Below are positions 9,564-19,582 of a stretch of 64,000 bases of DNA, piece after piece (positions within the stretch are counted from its first letter, which is position 1; every line of letters begins with the position of its first letter). This DNA is from Bacteroidia bacterium (GTDB lineage: Bacteria; Bacteroidota; Bacteroidia; UKL13-3), in assembly GCA_041675505.1 (NCBI GenBank), contig JBAYTR010000015.1:4972-68971 (forward strand), in the 5' to 3' direction. The notes beneath the pieces are model-generated. The model did no database searches and was not told where the DNA came from. It was given only the letters and a program-made list of their open reading frames with translations. A program made the position numbers and the translations under genes.

Positions 9564-10859
9564 GTGCTTATTTTCAGCCCACATATCTCTCCCCGCTTCC
9601 ACTACATTACACAGGAGGTTTTTTTTCACCGTTGGGGTATACCGATAGATTTTACCTCTGAACAGCAGGAGTTTGAGCAATACAGCGGTCCTAAAATCAG
9701 CTATTCAAATCAGGCCATCGGTGGTTTTCAGATTACGCCTTCCGGTTTTTTGGAGGAAACAACACACCGGTTATTTAATCCCGATGCGCAGCAATGGAAC
9801 GGAAGTGCAGTATTGTTTTCAGTAGAGCAGGAAAACTCTTCACTGCCTTTTGATGTGTTGAGTATGGCTTTTTTTCTGCTTTCCCGTTACGAGGAGTACA
9901 ACTCGCTTTACACCGATGAGCACGGAAGGTTTATGGCTGAAGAAAGCATTGCCTTTAAAACGAATAATCTACATCGCCCCTGGTTGGATGAAGTGTTAAT
10001 TCAAGTGCAGGCAGAAATAAAGAAAATCTACCCCGCACTAAACTTTCGTGAACCGCAATACCGTTTTCAACCTACTTTTGATATAGACATGCTGCGTTCA
10101 TTTGAGGGTAAACCACTGTGGCGCATACTTACCGGTGGGATAAGGGAAGTGCTGAGCGGTGAACTTACCCGCAGCAAAAAAAGACTCGATGTGTTACTTG
10201 GAAACTCAACCGACCCTAACGACAGCTTTGAGTACATTCACCAACACACCAAAAACCTGCACCCCATATTTTTTTGGCTGCTCTCAGATTATTCGGACAT
10301 GGATAAAAACCTGCATTGGCAACATTCGTTAATGAAATACACCATCAACCAATGTACAACTTACGGAACGGTGGGCATACACCCGTCTTATTACAGCAGT
10401 GTGAAGTCTGAACTTTTTCAGGAAGAAGCAGAAAGATTGGAACAACTCACCGATGCAGATGTTCAACATAGCCGGCAACACTTTTTAAGATTTACTTTGC
10501 CCCATACTTTTCAGCACTTACTACAGGCGGGAATTAAACACGAGTACAGCATGGGTTATGCTTCACATACCGGTTTCAGGGCATCAACGGCACACCCGTT
10601 TTATTTTTACGATTTAGTGAAGGAAGAAAAAACCGATTTGCTCCTGCATCCGTTTGTTGTAATGGATGTAACGCTCAGGCACTATTTGGAACTTTCACCC
10701 CAAGAGGCCAGGCAACACATAAGTGAATTAATTGCAAGTGTAAAAGCAGTGAACGGACAATTTGTTTCGTTGTGGCACAACGACAGCCTCAGCGAGTTTG
10801 ATGAATGGACCGGATGGAGAACTGTGTTTGAACACTTGTTGCAGGAGGCCAAAGCATGA
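9564..10859 (+). CDS. Hypothetical protein, probably a polysaccharide-deacetylase-like (CE4) fold.
   Basis: A TFDID segment resembles NodB motif 1 (TFDDG) and there is a later LWHND motif. It is translationally coupled (ATGA overlap) to the next gene. Confidence 0.4.
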   Translation: MLIFSPHISPRFHYITQEVFFHRWGIPIDFTSEQQEFEQYSGPKISYSNQAIGGFQITPSGFLEETTHRLFNPDAQQWNGSAVLFSVEQENSSLPFDVLSMAFFLLSRYEEYNSLYTDEHGRFMAEESIAFKTNNLHRPWLDEVLIQVQAEIKKIYPALNFREPQYRFQPTFDIDMLRSFEGKPLWRILTGGIREVLSGELTRSKKRLDVLLGNSTDPNDSFEYIHQHTKNLHPIFFWLLSDYSDMDKNLHWQHSLMKYTINQCTTYGTVGIHPSYYSSVKSELFQEEAERLEQLTDADVQHSRQHFLRFTLPHTFQHLLQAGIKHEYSMGYASHTGFRASTAHPFYFYDLVKEEKTDLLLHPFVVMDVTLRHYLELSPQEARQHISELIASVKAVNGQFVSLWHNDSLSEFDEWTGWRTVFEHLLQEAKA

Positions 10860-11776
10860 TTAAATACCTGACGCACGATCAAATTGACAAGCGGGTGTGG
10901 GATGAAACCATAGCCCGCTCATACAACCAGTTAATGTATGGCTACTCCTGGTACCTGGATGTGGTGTGTGACCGCTGGGATGCTTTGGTGCAGAACGATT
11001 ATGAAGCAGTAATGCCGCTGCCCGTCAGAAAAAAATACGGACAAGCCTATGTGTACCATCCTTTTTTTGCGCAACAGTTGGGCGTTTTTTCTACCAATTA
11101 TTTATCGGGTTTTACAGTGAATAAGTTTGTAACAGCAGTGCCGGACAAATTCAGGGTTGTGGATGTGCAACTCAATGCTGCCTGCGACCCGGAAGATTTT
11201 TTGAGCCACAATACCAGAGAGAGAAGGAACCACGTACTCAATTTGTCACCCGCCTATCAGGAAATAACAGCTGCGTATAACGAAAATACCAAACGCAACA
11301 TCAGCAAAGCCAGAAAAGAAAAACTTACCGTAGAAAAGATTACGGACATTGACAGTGCAATAAATTTTTACGTAACGCATAACGGGCACCGTAGCCCTGA
11401 AGTGAAGCCTGCCGACTATGCACGATTTAAACGTGTACTGCTGGAGGCGCGGCAACGTAGTATGTTAAAGATACTGTGCGTAAAGGAAGCAAACACTGTT
11501 TTAGCCACAGGCATTTTTGGGACAGACGCTAGTAACAGGGCCATTTATTTAATGGGGACCTCATCCGTAGACGGAAAAAATAAAGGGGCAATGCACCTGT
11601 TGATGGATGAGTTTATTCAGCAGCATTGCGGCAAAATTCAGTTGCTCGATTTTGAAGGTTCAGATATTGACGGTATTGCCAGATTCTATAAAGGCTTCGG
11701 GGCGGTTGAACAACCGTATTACCATTATTACCAAAACAGACTTCCGTTTTATTTGCGTTGGTTTAAAAAGAAGTGA
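10856..11776 (+). CDS. FemAB-like / GNAT-superfamily acyltransferase, of the peptidoglycan-bridge-formation-enzyme-like type.
   Basis: About 300 aa with the composition and length typical of BioF2-like/FemAB-family GNAT proteins that are often paired with CE4-like proteins in Bacteroidota. The call rests on pattern recognition, not on a diagnostic motif. Confidence 0.4.
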   Translation: MIKYLTHDQIDKRVWDETIARSYNQLMYGYSWYLDVVCDRWDALVQNDYEAVMPLPVRKKYGQAYVYHPFFAQQLGVFSTNYLSGFTVNKFVTAVPDKFRVVDVQLNAACDPEDFLSHNTRERRNHVLNLSPAYQEITAAYNENTKRNISKARKEKLTVEKITDIDSAINFYVTHNGHRSPEVKPADYARFKRVLLEARQRSMLKILCVKEANTVLATGIFGTDASNRAIYLMGTSSVDGKNKGAMHLLMDEFIQQHCGKIQLLDFEGSDIDGIARFYKGFGAVEQPYYHYYQNRLPFYLRWFKKK

Positions 11777-12347
11777 GCCATCGCTTAGACGAGTTGATGG
11801 TATAGTCAATAAACTTTTCCATTCCGGTATCGTAGGCTGTATTGCCCAAAGAAATTCCGTTTTCATCCAAACACTCTTTGGTAAAGTGTGATTCAAATAT
11901 TTTGGAAGAAACAAAAGTTTCTAATTCAAAAAAGCCGATTATTTTACCCAGAATGTAGGTAAGCTGAACAACAGGTTGACGGCCTCCCTTGCCTGAGGAT
12001 ACACCAACCAAAGCAAACACTTTTTTATCGAACAGGTGAATAAACGGACGGTCGCCCATGCGGTGAATAAAGTTAGCCAGTTCAGCAGGCATGGTCCAAT
12101 TGTATTCCGGCACTACCAACACAACCATGCGTTCTCCGTTTAAGGAGTTAACCAGTTGCTGCTGAAAAGCCGTGAGTTGATTTGGATTAATATCACCCTG
12201 ATTGTATAACGGAATGTCATAATAGGCAAAGTCAATAATTTCAATGTCTGATATTCCTTTGAATCCGGCTATTCGTTTCAAAGCTTTGGCAACGCGCAAA
12301 CTGTTGCTGCTTATTCTTGGGGAGGCCGAAATAATAGTAAGTTTCAT
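11763..12347 (-). CDS. NAD(P)H-dependent FMN reductase / flavodoxin-like oxidoreductase.
   Basis: N-terminal MKLTIISASPR..S.S and the VLVVPEYNWTMPAELANFI signature of the NADPH-dependent FMN reductase family. Confidence 0.7.
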   Translation of the reverse strand: MKLTIISASPRISSNSLRVAKALKRIAGFKGISDIEIIDFAYYDIPLYNQGDINPNQLTAFQQQLVNSLNGERMVVLVVPEYNWTMPAELANFIHRMGDRPFIHLFDKKVFALVGVSSGKGGRQPVVQLTYILGKIIGFFELETFVSSKIFESHFTKECLDENGISLGNTAYDTGMEKFIDYTINSSKRWLTSF

Positions 12348-12384
12348 TTTGTTGTGTTTATCCTTATGGAACGTAATTAAAATT

Positions 12385-13290
12385 TCAGTTGTTCCATTTG
12401 GTTATGTACCTATACAGGTTAAAGCTGCTTTTGTTCATTTGCTCCGCTATTTCATGAATGAGTTGTTGCGTATCAATGTCACGTGTGCGGTAATCACGAA
12501 TCATGTTGAGGGCTTTTTGAGCCAGCAGTATTTTTTTCTTTTCGTTAATACGGTGGGAGTGCAGGTGTTTTTCTATAGCCTCAGCCAATTCTTTGAGTCC
12601 TTCATTTTTTGACGCCACGGTTTTTACCACAGGCGTTTCCCATTCAGCTGTGGCATGGGTATGGGCCAGCACTACCAGGTTTTTGTGAAAACTTATTGCC
12701 CCATCTCTGTCGGCCTTGTTCACTACAAACACATCGGCAATTTCCATCACCCCCGATTTGATGGTTTGTATTTCATCTCCCGCTTCGGGTACCACCACCA
12801 CCACCGTAGTATCAGCCAATCCGGCAATTTCTACTTCTGATTGCCCTACACCCACAGTTTCCACAATCACATAATCAAAACCTGCTGCCTTTAACACGTC
12901 AACAGCTTCATAAATTTTGGGAGCCAGTCCGCCTAAAGAACCCCTGCTGGCCATGGACCGAATGAATACATGGGGATTGGTAAAGTGTTCACCCATTCGA
13001 ATGCGGTCGCCCAGCAAAGCACCATAATTAAAAGGGGAGGTAGGGTCAATGGCCAATATGGCTATCTGTTTGTTTTGTTGCAGAAGCTCATGTATCAGGG
13101 CATTGATAAGGGTACTTTTTCCGGCTCCGGGGGGGCCGGTAATACCTACCACAGCACAATTTTTTGAGAAGTGTAAATTTTGCAACAATTGTTCATACCC
13201 CTCTACACTGTTTTCCACCAGGGTGAGGCAGCGAGCCAAAGCTTTTCTGTCTCCTGCATGCAATTGATTAAGCAGTTGTTCAGGCATCAA
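12385..13290 (-). CDS. meaB: Methylmalonyl-CoA mutase-associated GTPase MeaB/ArgK.
   Basis: P-loop GITGPPGAGKSTLI and ArgK/MeaB-family similarity throughout. Confidence 0.85.
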   Translation of the reverse strand: MMPEQLLNQLHAGDRKALARCLTLVENSVEGYEQLLQNLHFSKNCAVVGITGPPGAGKSTLINALIHELLQQNKQIAILAIDPTSPFNYGALLGDRIRMGEHFTNPHVFIRSMASRGSLGGLAPKIYEAVDVLKAAGFDYVIVETVGVGQSEVEIAGLADTTVVVVVPEAGDEIQTIKSGVMEIADVFVVNKADRDGAISFHKNLVVLAHTHATAEWETPVVKTVASKNEGLKELAEAIEKHLHSHRINEKKKILLAQKALNMIRDYRTRDIDTQQLIHEIAEQMNKSSFNLYRYITKWNN

Positions 13291-13705
13291 TTTTAGTTAC
13301 TCTGCGTTCATGTCTTCCGCCTTCAAAAGCGGTTGTAAGAAAAGTTTCAGTAATGGCAAAGGCTAGTTCCTGAGAAATAAACCGTGCAGGTAAACACAGT
13401 ACGTTGGCATTATTGTGCTGCCGGGCCAGTGCCGCCAGTTCTTCATTCCAGCAAAGTGCAGCGCGTATACCTTTATGTTTATTGGCAGTAATGCATACTC
13501 CGTTCCCGCTTCCGCAAATAAGTATACCCAGCGTTTTTTCCGCCAGCACTTTCTCGGCCAAAGGGTGAGCAAAGTCGGGGTAGTCGCAGCTGTCTTCTGA
13601 AAAGGGTCCGATGTCGGTACAGGTATGACCTGACGATTGCAAGCGGTCAATAATTTCTTTTTTTAACTGGTAACCGGCATGGTCGCCACCAATAATGATG
13701 TTCAT
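13280..13705 (-). CDS. rpiB: Ribose-5-phosphate isomerase B.
   Basis: MNIIIGGDHAGYQLK...ICGSGNGVCITANKHKGIRAA is the RpiB/LacAB signature. The start was taken at MNIII, and the gene overlaps the meaB stop by 11 nt. Confidence 0.9.
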   Translation of the reverse strand: MNIIIGGDHAGYQLKKEIIDRLQSSGHTCTDIGPFSEDSCDYPDFAHPLAEKVLAEKTLGILICGSGNGVCITANKHKGIRAALCWNEELAALARQHNNANVLCLPARFISQELAFAITETFLTTAFEGGRHERRVTKIDA

Positions 13706-13772
13706 GTGCGTTGAATTTGGCGGCAAGTTATTTAAAAAACTTTTAAGGAAGCGGGCAGAGGAAAGAACTTTA

Positions 13773-14774
13773 TCAACCGCTTGATGTGGCGCGTTCAGGT
13801 AAAGGGGTGGGGTTACTTCCCGCAGGCAAGTCAGCAGGCTCATAAAGGCCGATTTTATCCAACTCCAGCACTGTGCCCGTTCCATCTGGCGATGGGTGGT
13901 ACATGGGTGTAAATTTTACTCCCCAGGCAATTTCCTGGTGATGATAAGAATAACGGGTATGCACCTGCTGGGAATAGGTGTCGTCAAAAGCCTTGAAAAT
14001 AAACAGGAATTCTGCTTCTGCATCCCTGTAGTCCTGCTGCCCCCATCCATTGAGCGGACTATCTTTATCAATCGGGTGAACAATGGTCCAACTCATGGAT
14101 AAGCCGGTTACTTTTTCCCGCTCCAATTTCAGCGGGAAAAACTTACGCACAAGGCGTTCTTTTTCCATAACGTTGATGCTAAGGAGAACCTGAGCTTCAC
14201 ATTCAACCAATTGGTTTTTTCGGGCATTGGCAATGCGGAACATAAGTGCGCTGATGTCTTTATAAGGGGCAACAACAGCCTTCTCACTATATAACAGCGA
14301 TGCCTGAGGCCGGGAGAAACGTCCGTACAGCAAACCGGTAGCTAAAGCGAAGGACATTAAACCGGCCAATGATTCAAAGGAGGCCACCATACTGGCCCAG
14401 TGTCCCGTAGGGTTAATTCGCCCGTATCCTACCGTGCTGAAGGTTTGGCAACTGAAGTAAAAAGCCTCCAGAAATTTTTCTGTTGTCGATTCTCCGATTG
14501 TGCCGCTCAACTTTTCTATGCCCAGCATATAATAACTCGCTGCAAAAATCAGGTTGAGGAACAGTTAGGAACCAATTATCAAGAGATTAAACTGCCACCA
14601 AGGCATGGTAATACGGTGGTGAAAGTGGTTAAACTTGTATGTAAAAGGCAAACTGGTGCGCTTTACATTAAATGAACCATCTTTGTTTACCAGCCTGGAG
14701 CCCTGTGTGGTGGCTGAGTTACCAAAGCCGGTATCTGTATCTTCTTTGAAGTTTTTAGATAGTCGTTTTAACAA
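13773..14774 (-). pseudogene. KirBac-like inward-rectifier K+ channel gene interrupted by a single in-frame TAA at 14565..14567.
   Basis: The N-terminal piece (14568..14774: ..HFHHRITMPWWQFNLLIIGS*) and the C-terminal piece (13773..14528, with the TVGYG selectivity filter and a Kir cytoplasmic domain) are in the same frame. The open codons between them (LFLNLIFAASYY) continue the M1 helix. Confidence 0.75.
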
Positions 14775-14860
14775 GTGTTTCTTCGTTTAATTCAGGTTTA
14801 AATGCTTTGAAAAGCCTGTAAACCTGAGTATTTTTGCCGCCACTAAGTTAATACCATTCA

Positions 14861-15436
14861 ATGGAATATTTTGCACATGCTACGGCAGTAATTGATGAAG
14901 GATGCACGATTGGAAAAGACACCAAAATCTGGCATTTTTCTCACATTATGCCCGATTGTGTTATCGGAGAAGGCTGTAACATAGGACAAAATGTAGTCAT
15001 CTCTCCTCAGGTGGTGCTTGGAAAAAATGTGAAAATTCAGAACAATGTTTCGGTGTACACCGGGGTAACTTGTGACGATGATGTTTTTCTGGGTCCGTCA
15101 GCAGTGTTTACCAATGTTATTAACCCGCGCAGTGCAGTTAACCGCAAAGGGGAATATGCGAAAACACACGTGGGTAAAGGAGCCACTATTGGAGCAAATG
15201 CAACTATTGTATGTGGCCATAATATTGGAAAATATGCTTTTATCGGAGCCGGGGCGGTAGTCACCAAAAATATTCCTGATTATGCACTTGTTATCGGTAA
15301 TCCTGCACGCCAAACAGGATGGATGAGTGAATACGGACAGCAACTTAAATTTGACAACAACAATCAGGCTACTTGTGCGGAAAGCGGAGAAAAGTACGAA
15401 CTGCTAAACGGTACGGTACATAAAATAGCATCATGA
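14861..15436 (+). CDS. Left-handed beta-helix (hexapeptide-repeat) sugar N-acetyltransferase (WbpD/WlbB/FdtC-like).
   Basis: Tandem hexapeptide repeats (IGKDTKI, IGEGCNIGQNVVI, IGANATI, IGAGAVV). It has a 4-bp overlap with galE. Confidence 0.75.
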   Translation: MEYFAHATAVIDEGCTIGKDTKIWHFSHIMPDCVIGEGCNIGQNVVISPQVVLGKNVKIQNNVSVYTGVTCDDDVFLGPSAVFTNVINPRSAVNRKGEYAKTHVGKGATIGANATIVCGHNIGKYAFIGAGAVVTKNIPDYALVIGNPARQTGWMSEYGQQLKFDNNNQATCAESGEKYELLNGTVHKIAS

Positions 15437-16458
15437 AAAAAATACTGGTTACAGGCGGAACAGGATATATTGGCTCACACACCGTGGTAGAGCTAATTAA
15501 AGCCGGATATGAAGTGGCAATTACTGATAATTTATCTAATTCGCGCATTGAGGTATTGGATCGTATCAAAGAAATTACAGGCGTTTTACCCTCTTTTCAT
15601 AAAACGGAGTTGTGCGATTTAGCGGAAGTGGAAAAACTTTTTGTCAAAGAGAAAGACATAGATGCAGTTATTCATTTTGCGGCTATACTTTTAGTCAACG
15701 AATCGGTAGATGAGCCATTGAAGTATTACCACAACAACCTGTTTTCACAGGTGAATTTATTGCAAACCATGGTGAAACATGGCGTAAAGCACATTGTATT
15801 TTCTTCTTCGTGCACCGTATACGGTAATCCTGATCAATTGCCGGTAACTGAAACAGCTCCGGTAAAAAAGGCAGAATCTCCTTACGGTAACACCAAACAA
15901 ATGGGGGAGGAAATACTGGAACACACCACCAAAGCAAAAGCCATTGAGGCTATATCTTTGCGTTACTTTAATCCCATCGGGGCGCATGAGTCGTCACTTA
16001 TAGGTGAGGTACAACATGGTGTGCCGCATCATTTAATACCCTACATTACGGAAACGGCTACGGGAAAAAGAACACACCTCAACATTTTCGGAAGCGACTA
16101 TAACACCCCTGACGGAAGTTGTGTGCGTGATTACATTCATGTGGTGGATGTGGCTACAGCGCATATTGCCGCAGTGGAGCGATTGATTAAAGGGGAAAAT
16201 AAAAACAGATTTGAAATTTTTAATATCGGAACAGGAGTAGGTTATTCAGTTCTTGATATGGTTAAAGCTTTCGGGAAAGCAACGGGTATTCACATTCCGT
16301 ATAAACTTGCGCCCAGAAGAAGCGGAGATGTGGAAGCCGTGTATGCCGATACTTCATTGGCTGCAAAAGAACTGAAGTGGAAAGCCAAACACAGCATGGA
16401 AGACATGATGCGCAGTGCCTGGAACTGGGAACAAAAACAAGCAGAACTAATAAAATAA
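15433..16458 (+). CDS. galE: UDP-glucose 4-epimerase.
   Basis: VTGGTGYIGSHT Rossmann motif, the YGNTK catalytic motif, and full-length GalE similarity. Confidence 0.9.
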   Translation: MKKILVTGGTGYIGSHTVVELIKAGYEVAITDNLSNSRIEVLDRIKEITGVLPSFHKTELCDLAEVEKLFVKEKDIDAVIHFAAILLVNESVDEPLKYYHNNLFSQVNLLQTMVKHGVKHIVFSSSCTVYGNPDQLPVTETAPVKKAESPYGNTKQMGEEILEHTTKAKAIEAISLRYFNPIGAHESSLIGEVQHGVPHHLIPYITETATGKRTHLNIFGSDYNTPDGSCVRDYIHVVDVATAHIAAVERLIKGENKNRFEIFNIGTGVGYSVLDMVKAFGKATGIHIPYKLAPRRSGDVEAVYADTSLAAKELKWKAKHSMEDMMRSAWNWEQKQAELIK

Positions 16459-16523
16459 AAACACCGAAATCAGTTGACAGATGGTTCACATCTCAGCGAT
16501 TTCTGAGTCGGATTAAAAAACAT

Positions 16524-17582
16524 ATGAGTAAACACAAAATATTAATCACCGGTGGAGCCGGATTTATCGGATCACATGTAGTGCGCTTGTTTGTTAACAA
16601 GTACCCGGAGTATGACATAGTGAACCTGGATAAACTTACCTACGCGGGCAATCTCGAAAACCTCAGAGACATTGACCAAAGTCCCAACTACACTTTTGTA
16701 AAAGGTGATATTGTAGATGCAGACTTTATTGCCAACCTTTTTAAGGAACATCAGTTTGACGGAGTAATTCACCTGGCTGCGGAGTCGCACGTAGACCGTT
16801 CTATTGAAAACCCCATTGAGTTTGTAATGACCAATGTGGTAGGAACGGTGAACTTACTAAATGCTGCAAGACTCATCTGGAAAGATAACCTGAACGGAAA
16901 ACGATTCTACCATGTATCAACTGATGAGGTGTATGGTTCTCTGGATGACGGAGGCTTTTTTCTGGAAACAACGGCCTATGATCCGCAATCACCTTACTCC
17001 GCATCTAAAGCAAGTTCCGATCATTTTGTTCGCGCCTACCGCAACACATACAAAATGCCGGTTGTGCTCAGTAATTGTTCCAACAACTACGGCCCTAATC
17101 AATTTCCTGAAAAATTGATTCCGCTTTTCATTAACAATATACGAAATAACAAACCTCTGCCGGTTTATGGCAAAGGAGAAAATGTGCGCGATTGGCTGTA
17201 TGTTATTGACCATGCTCGCGCCATTGATGAGGTTTACCACAAAGGGAAAGAAGGTGAAACTTACAACATTGGCGGATTTAATGAGTGGAAGAACATTGAC
17301 CTGATTAAAGTGATCTGTTCCGTAATGGATAAAAAACTGGGTCGTGAAGCAGGCACATCAGAAAAACTGATTACCTATGTTACAGATAGAGCCGGCCACG
17401 ATTTGCGCTATGCCATTGATGCCAATAAAATAATGAACGAGTTAGGCTGGAAACCATCACTGCAGTTTGAAGAAGGTATAGAAAAAACGGTTGACTGGTA
17501 CCTTAGTAACCAGCAGTGGATGGATGATGTAACCAGCGGAGTGTACCAGAATTATTACCAAGCGATGTACAGCAATCGCTGA
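16524..17582 (+). CDS. rfbB: dTDP-glucose 4,6-dehydratase.
   Basis: ITGGAGFIGSH, the YSASKASSD catalytic motif, and RfbB-type SDR similarity. The start was taken at MSKHKIL, since the ORF-track N-terminal extension overlaps galE. Confidence 0.9.
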   Translation: MSKHKILITGGAGFIGSHVVRLFVNKYPEYDIVNLDKLTYAGNLENLRDIDQSPNYTFVKGDIVDADFIANLFKEHQFDGVIHLAAESHVDRSIENPIEFVMTNVVGTVNLLNAARLIWKDNLNGKRFYHVSTDEVYGSLDDGGFFLETTAYDPQSPYSASKASSDHFVRAYRNTYKMPVVLSNCSNNYGPNQFPEKLIPLFINNIRNNKPLPVYGKGENVRDWLYVIDHARAIDEVYHKGKEGETYNIGGFNEWKNIDLIKVICSVMDKKLGREAGTSEKLITYVTDRAGHDLRYAIDANKIMNELGWKPSLQFEEGIEKTVDWYLSNQQWMDDVTSGVYQNYYQAMYSNR

Positions 17583-17613
17583 TTTTTGATGAACTAAACG
17601 TATTTTGCACACC

Positions 17614-18474
17614 ATGAAAGGCATCATTTTAGCCGGAGGAAGCGGCACCCGATTACACCCCTTAACACTTGCTGTAAGCAAACAGTTGATGCCGGTGTAT
17701 GATAAACCCATGATTTATTATCCGCTGTCAACGCTTATGTTAGCCGGCATTCGGGAGATATTGATTATTTCAACACCACATGATTTGCCCGGGTTCAAAA
17801 AGCTATTGGGTGATGGTTCACAGGTGGGATGTCGTTTTGAGTATGCAGAGCAACCCAGTCCGGATGGACTGGCACAAGCCTTCATTATCGGAGAGAAATT
17901 TATTGGTCAGGATAAAGTAGCACTCATTCTCGGAGACAATATTTTCTTCAGTTCAGGTTTGAGTAAATTGCTTCAGGAGAACAATAACCCTGACGGAGGC
18001 GTAGTATTTGCTTACCACGTAAGTGACCCCGAACGTTATGGTGTGGTACAATTTGATGAACACATGAACGCCAAAAGTATTGAAGAAAAACCAACCCATC
18101 CCAAATCAAATTATGCCGTTCCCGGGTTATATTTTTATGACAATGAAGTGGTGAACATCGCTAAAAATATTCAGCCCTCCCCTCGTGGTGAGTTGGAAAT
18201 TACCGATGTAAACCGCGTTTACCTTGAGCGGGGTAAATTAAAAGTGGGTGTTTTGCAACGCGGCACAGCCTGGTTAGATACCGGTACCTTTGCCTCTTTG
18301 ATGCAGGCGGGTCAGTTTGTTCAGGTAATAGAAGAAAGACAAGGATTGAAGATCGGTTGCATTGAAGAAATAGCCTACAAGAACGGCTGGATAAACAAAA
18401 CAGAACTCACTCAACAAGCAGAAAAGCTGATGAAGAGCGGCTATGGAACCTACCTCATTAAGCTAATCAAATAA
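17614..18474 (+). CDS. rfbA: Glucose-1-phosphate thymidylyltransferase.
   Basis: [18 protein letters not shown] nucleotidyltransferase signature. Confidence 0.9.
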   Translation: MKGIILAGGSGTRLHPLTLAVSKQLMPVYDKPMIYYPLSTLMLAGIREILIISTPHDLPGFKKLLGDGSQVGCRFEYAEQPSPDGLAQAFIIGEKFIGQDKVALILGDNIFFSSGLSKLLQENNNPDGGVVFAYHVSDPERYGVVQFDEHMNAKSIEEKPTHPKSNYAVPGLYFYDNEVVNIAKNIQPSPRGELEITDVNRVYLERGKLKVGVLQRGTAWLDTGTFASLMQAGQFVQVIEERQGLKIGCIEEIAYKNGWINKTELTQQAEKLMKSGYGTYLIKLIK

Positions 18475-18492
18475 AGAACAGAAAAGAACGAT

Positions 18493-19479
18493 ATGACTAA
18501 AGAAGAAGCATTGCGTAAGTTTCCGGATCAGATTGAATTCTCTCTTAACAACTATAAAAATCACGGACTGAACATTTCCGATTATACCAACGTAGTTATC
18601 GGTGGTTTGGGAGGCTCAGGCATTGGTGGCAGGATTGCCAGAATATGGTTTGCTGAAAAACTTCCGATACCTGTTGAAATTGTAAGCGACTATCACCTGC
18701 CTTTTTATGCTGATTCGAAAACGTTGTTGCTGTTATGCTCCTATTCGGGCAATACAGAAGAAACGCTCACCATGTACAACGAAGCAATTGCCAAAGGATT
18801 AAAACCCCTTGTACTCACTACCGGTGGAAAAATTCTGGAGAAAGCACAAGCCGATGGAATGTATCATTTAATTGCGGAGAAAGGCTTCCAGCCCCGCATG
18901 GCACTATGTTATCCGCTAACATTTCTCCTGCTCATTTTTGCTGAATTTTTGAACGAACTGGATACAACAAAAACAGAATTGTCTACTATCGCTTCCCGCA
19001 TTCGTGAACGTGCAGCTCACTATGAATCGGAAGCAGAAAATCTTTTGAACCAAGTACAGAAACAAATTACCAATAAAGTAATTATTGTAACTGATGCAGC
19101 ACTTGAGGGGGTAGGTATTCGTTTTGCACAGCAAATACAGGAAAATGCCAAACACGAAGCATTTCAACACACCCTGCCCGAAGCCAATCACAACGTAATT
19201 GAAACTTACTATGGCAATGTGCCGTCTGTATTTTTCTTTTTGCGTAGCGGGAAAAATGATCGCGTAGAGGCCCGTTTCGATTTTCTCACTTCTTTGCTGG
19301 AGGTAGAATACCACAAGGTGCTCAACATTGCATTTGATGAGTACGATTTGGGTTCTATGTTTGCGCTGATTTACCGCTTAGATGCCTTTACACTTAAACT
19401 GGCCGATTTACGTAATGTAAACGCAGTAGAGGTACCCAACATTTCATCCCTGAAAGAGTTTCTTGAAGACGTTGAATAA
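18493..19479 (+). CDS. Bifunctional phosphoglucose/phosphomannose isomerase (SIS domain).
   Basis: About 330 aa SIS-domain protein with the GGLGGSGIGG loop typical of archaeal-type PGI/PMI. Confidence 0.65.
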   Translation: MTKEEALRKFPDQIEFSLNNYKNHGLNISDYTNVVIGGLGGSGIGGRIARIWFAEKLPIPVEIVSDYHLPFYADSKTLLLLCSYSGNTEETLTMYNEAIAKGLKPLVLTTGGKILEKAQADGMYHLIAEKGFQPRMALCYPLTFLLLIFAEFLNELDTTKTELSTIASRIRERAAHYESEAENLLNQVQKQITNKVIIVTDAALEGVGIRFAQQIQENAKHEAFQHTLPEANHNVIETYYGNVPSVFFFLRSGKNDRVEARFDFLTSLLEVEYHKVLNIAFDEYDLGSMFALIYRLDAFTLKLADLRNVNAVEVPNISSLKEFLEDVE

Positions 19480-19582
19480 GTACAGTTCAAAAGATATCAA
19501 AGCTACATCAGCCCGTGTGCCGCTTTTTACACTGCACTATACTATCCCGTCCGTTTCTGCGTTTTAGCCTATTATTGTACCC

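Noticed and set aside
16377-16523. The N-terminal extension of the rfbB ORF in the track (start at 16377), which overlaps galE.
   Set aside because: The conserved SDR N-terminus (MSKHKILITGGAGFIGSH) begins at 16524. The extension overlaps the galE 3' end and has no homology.
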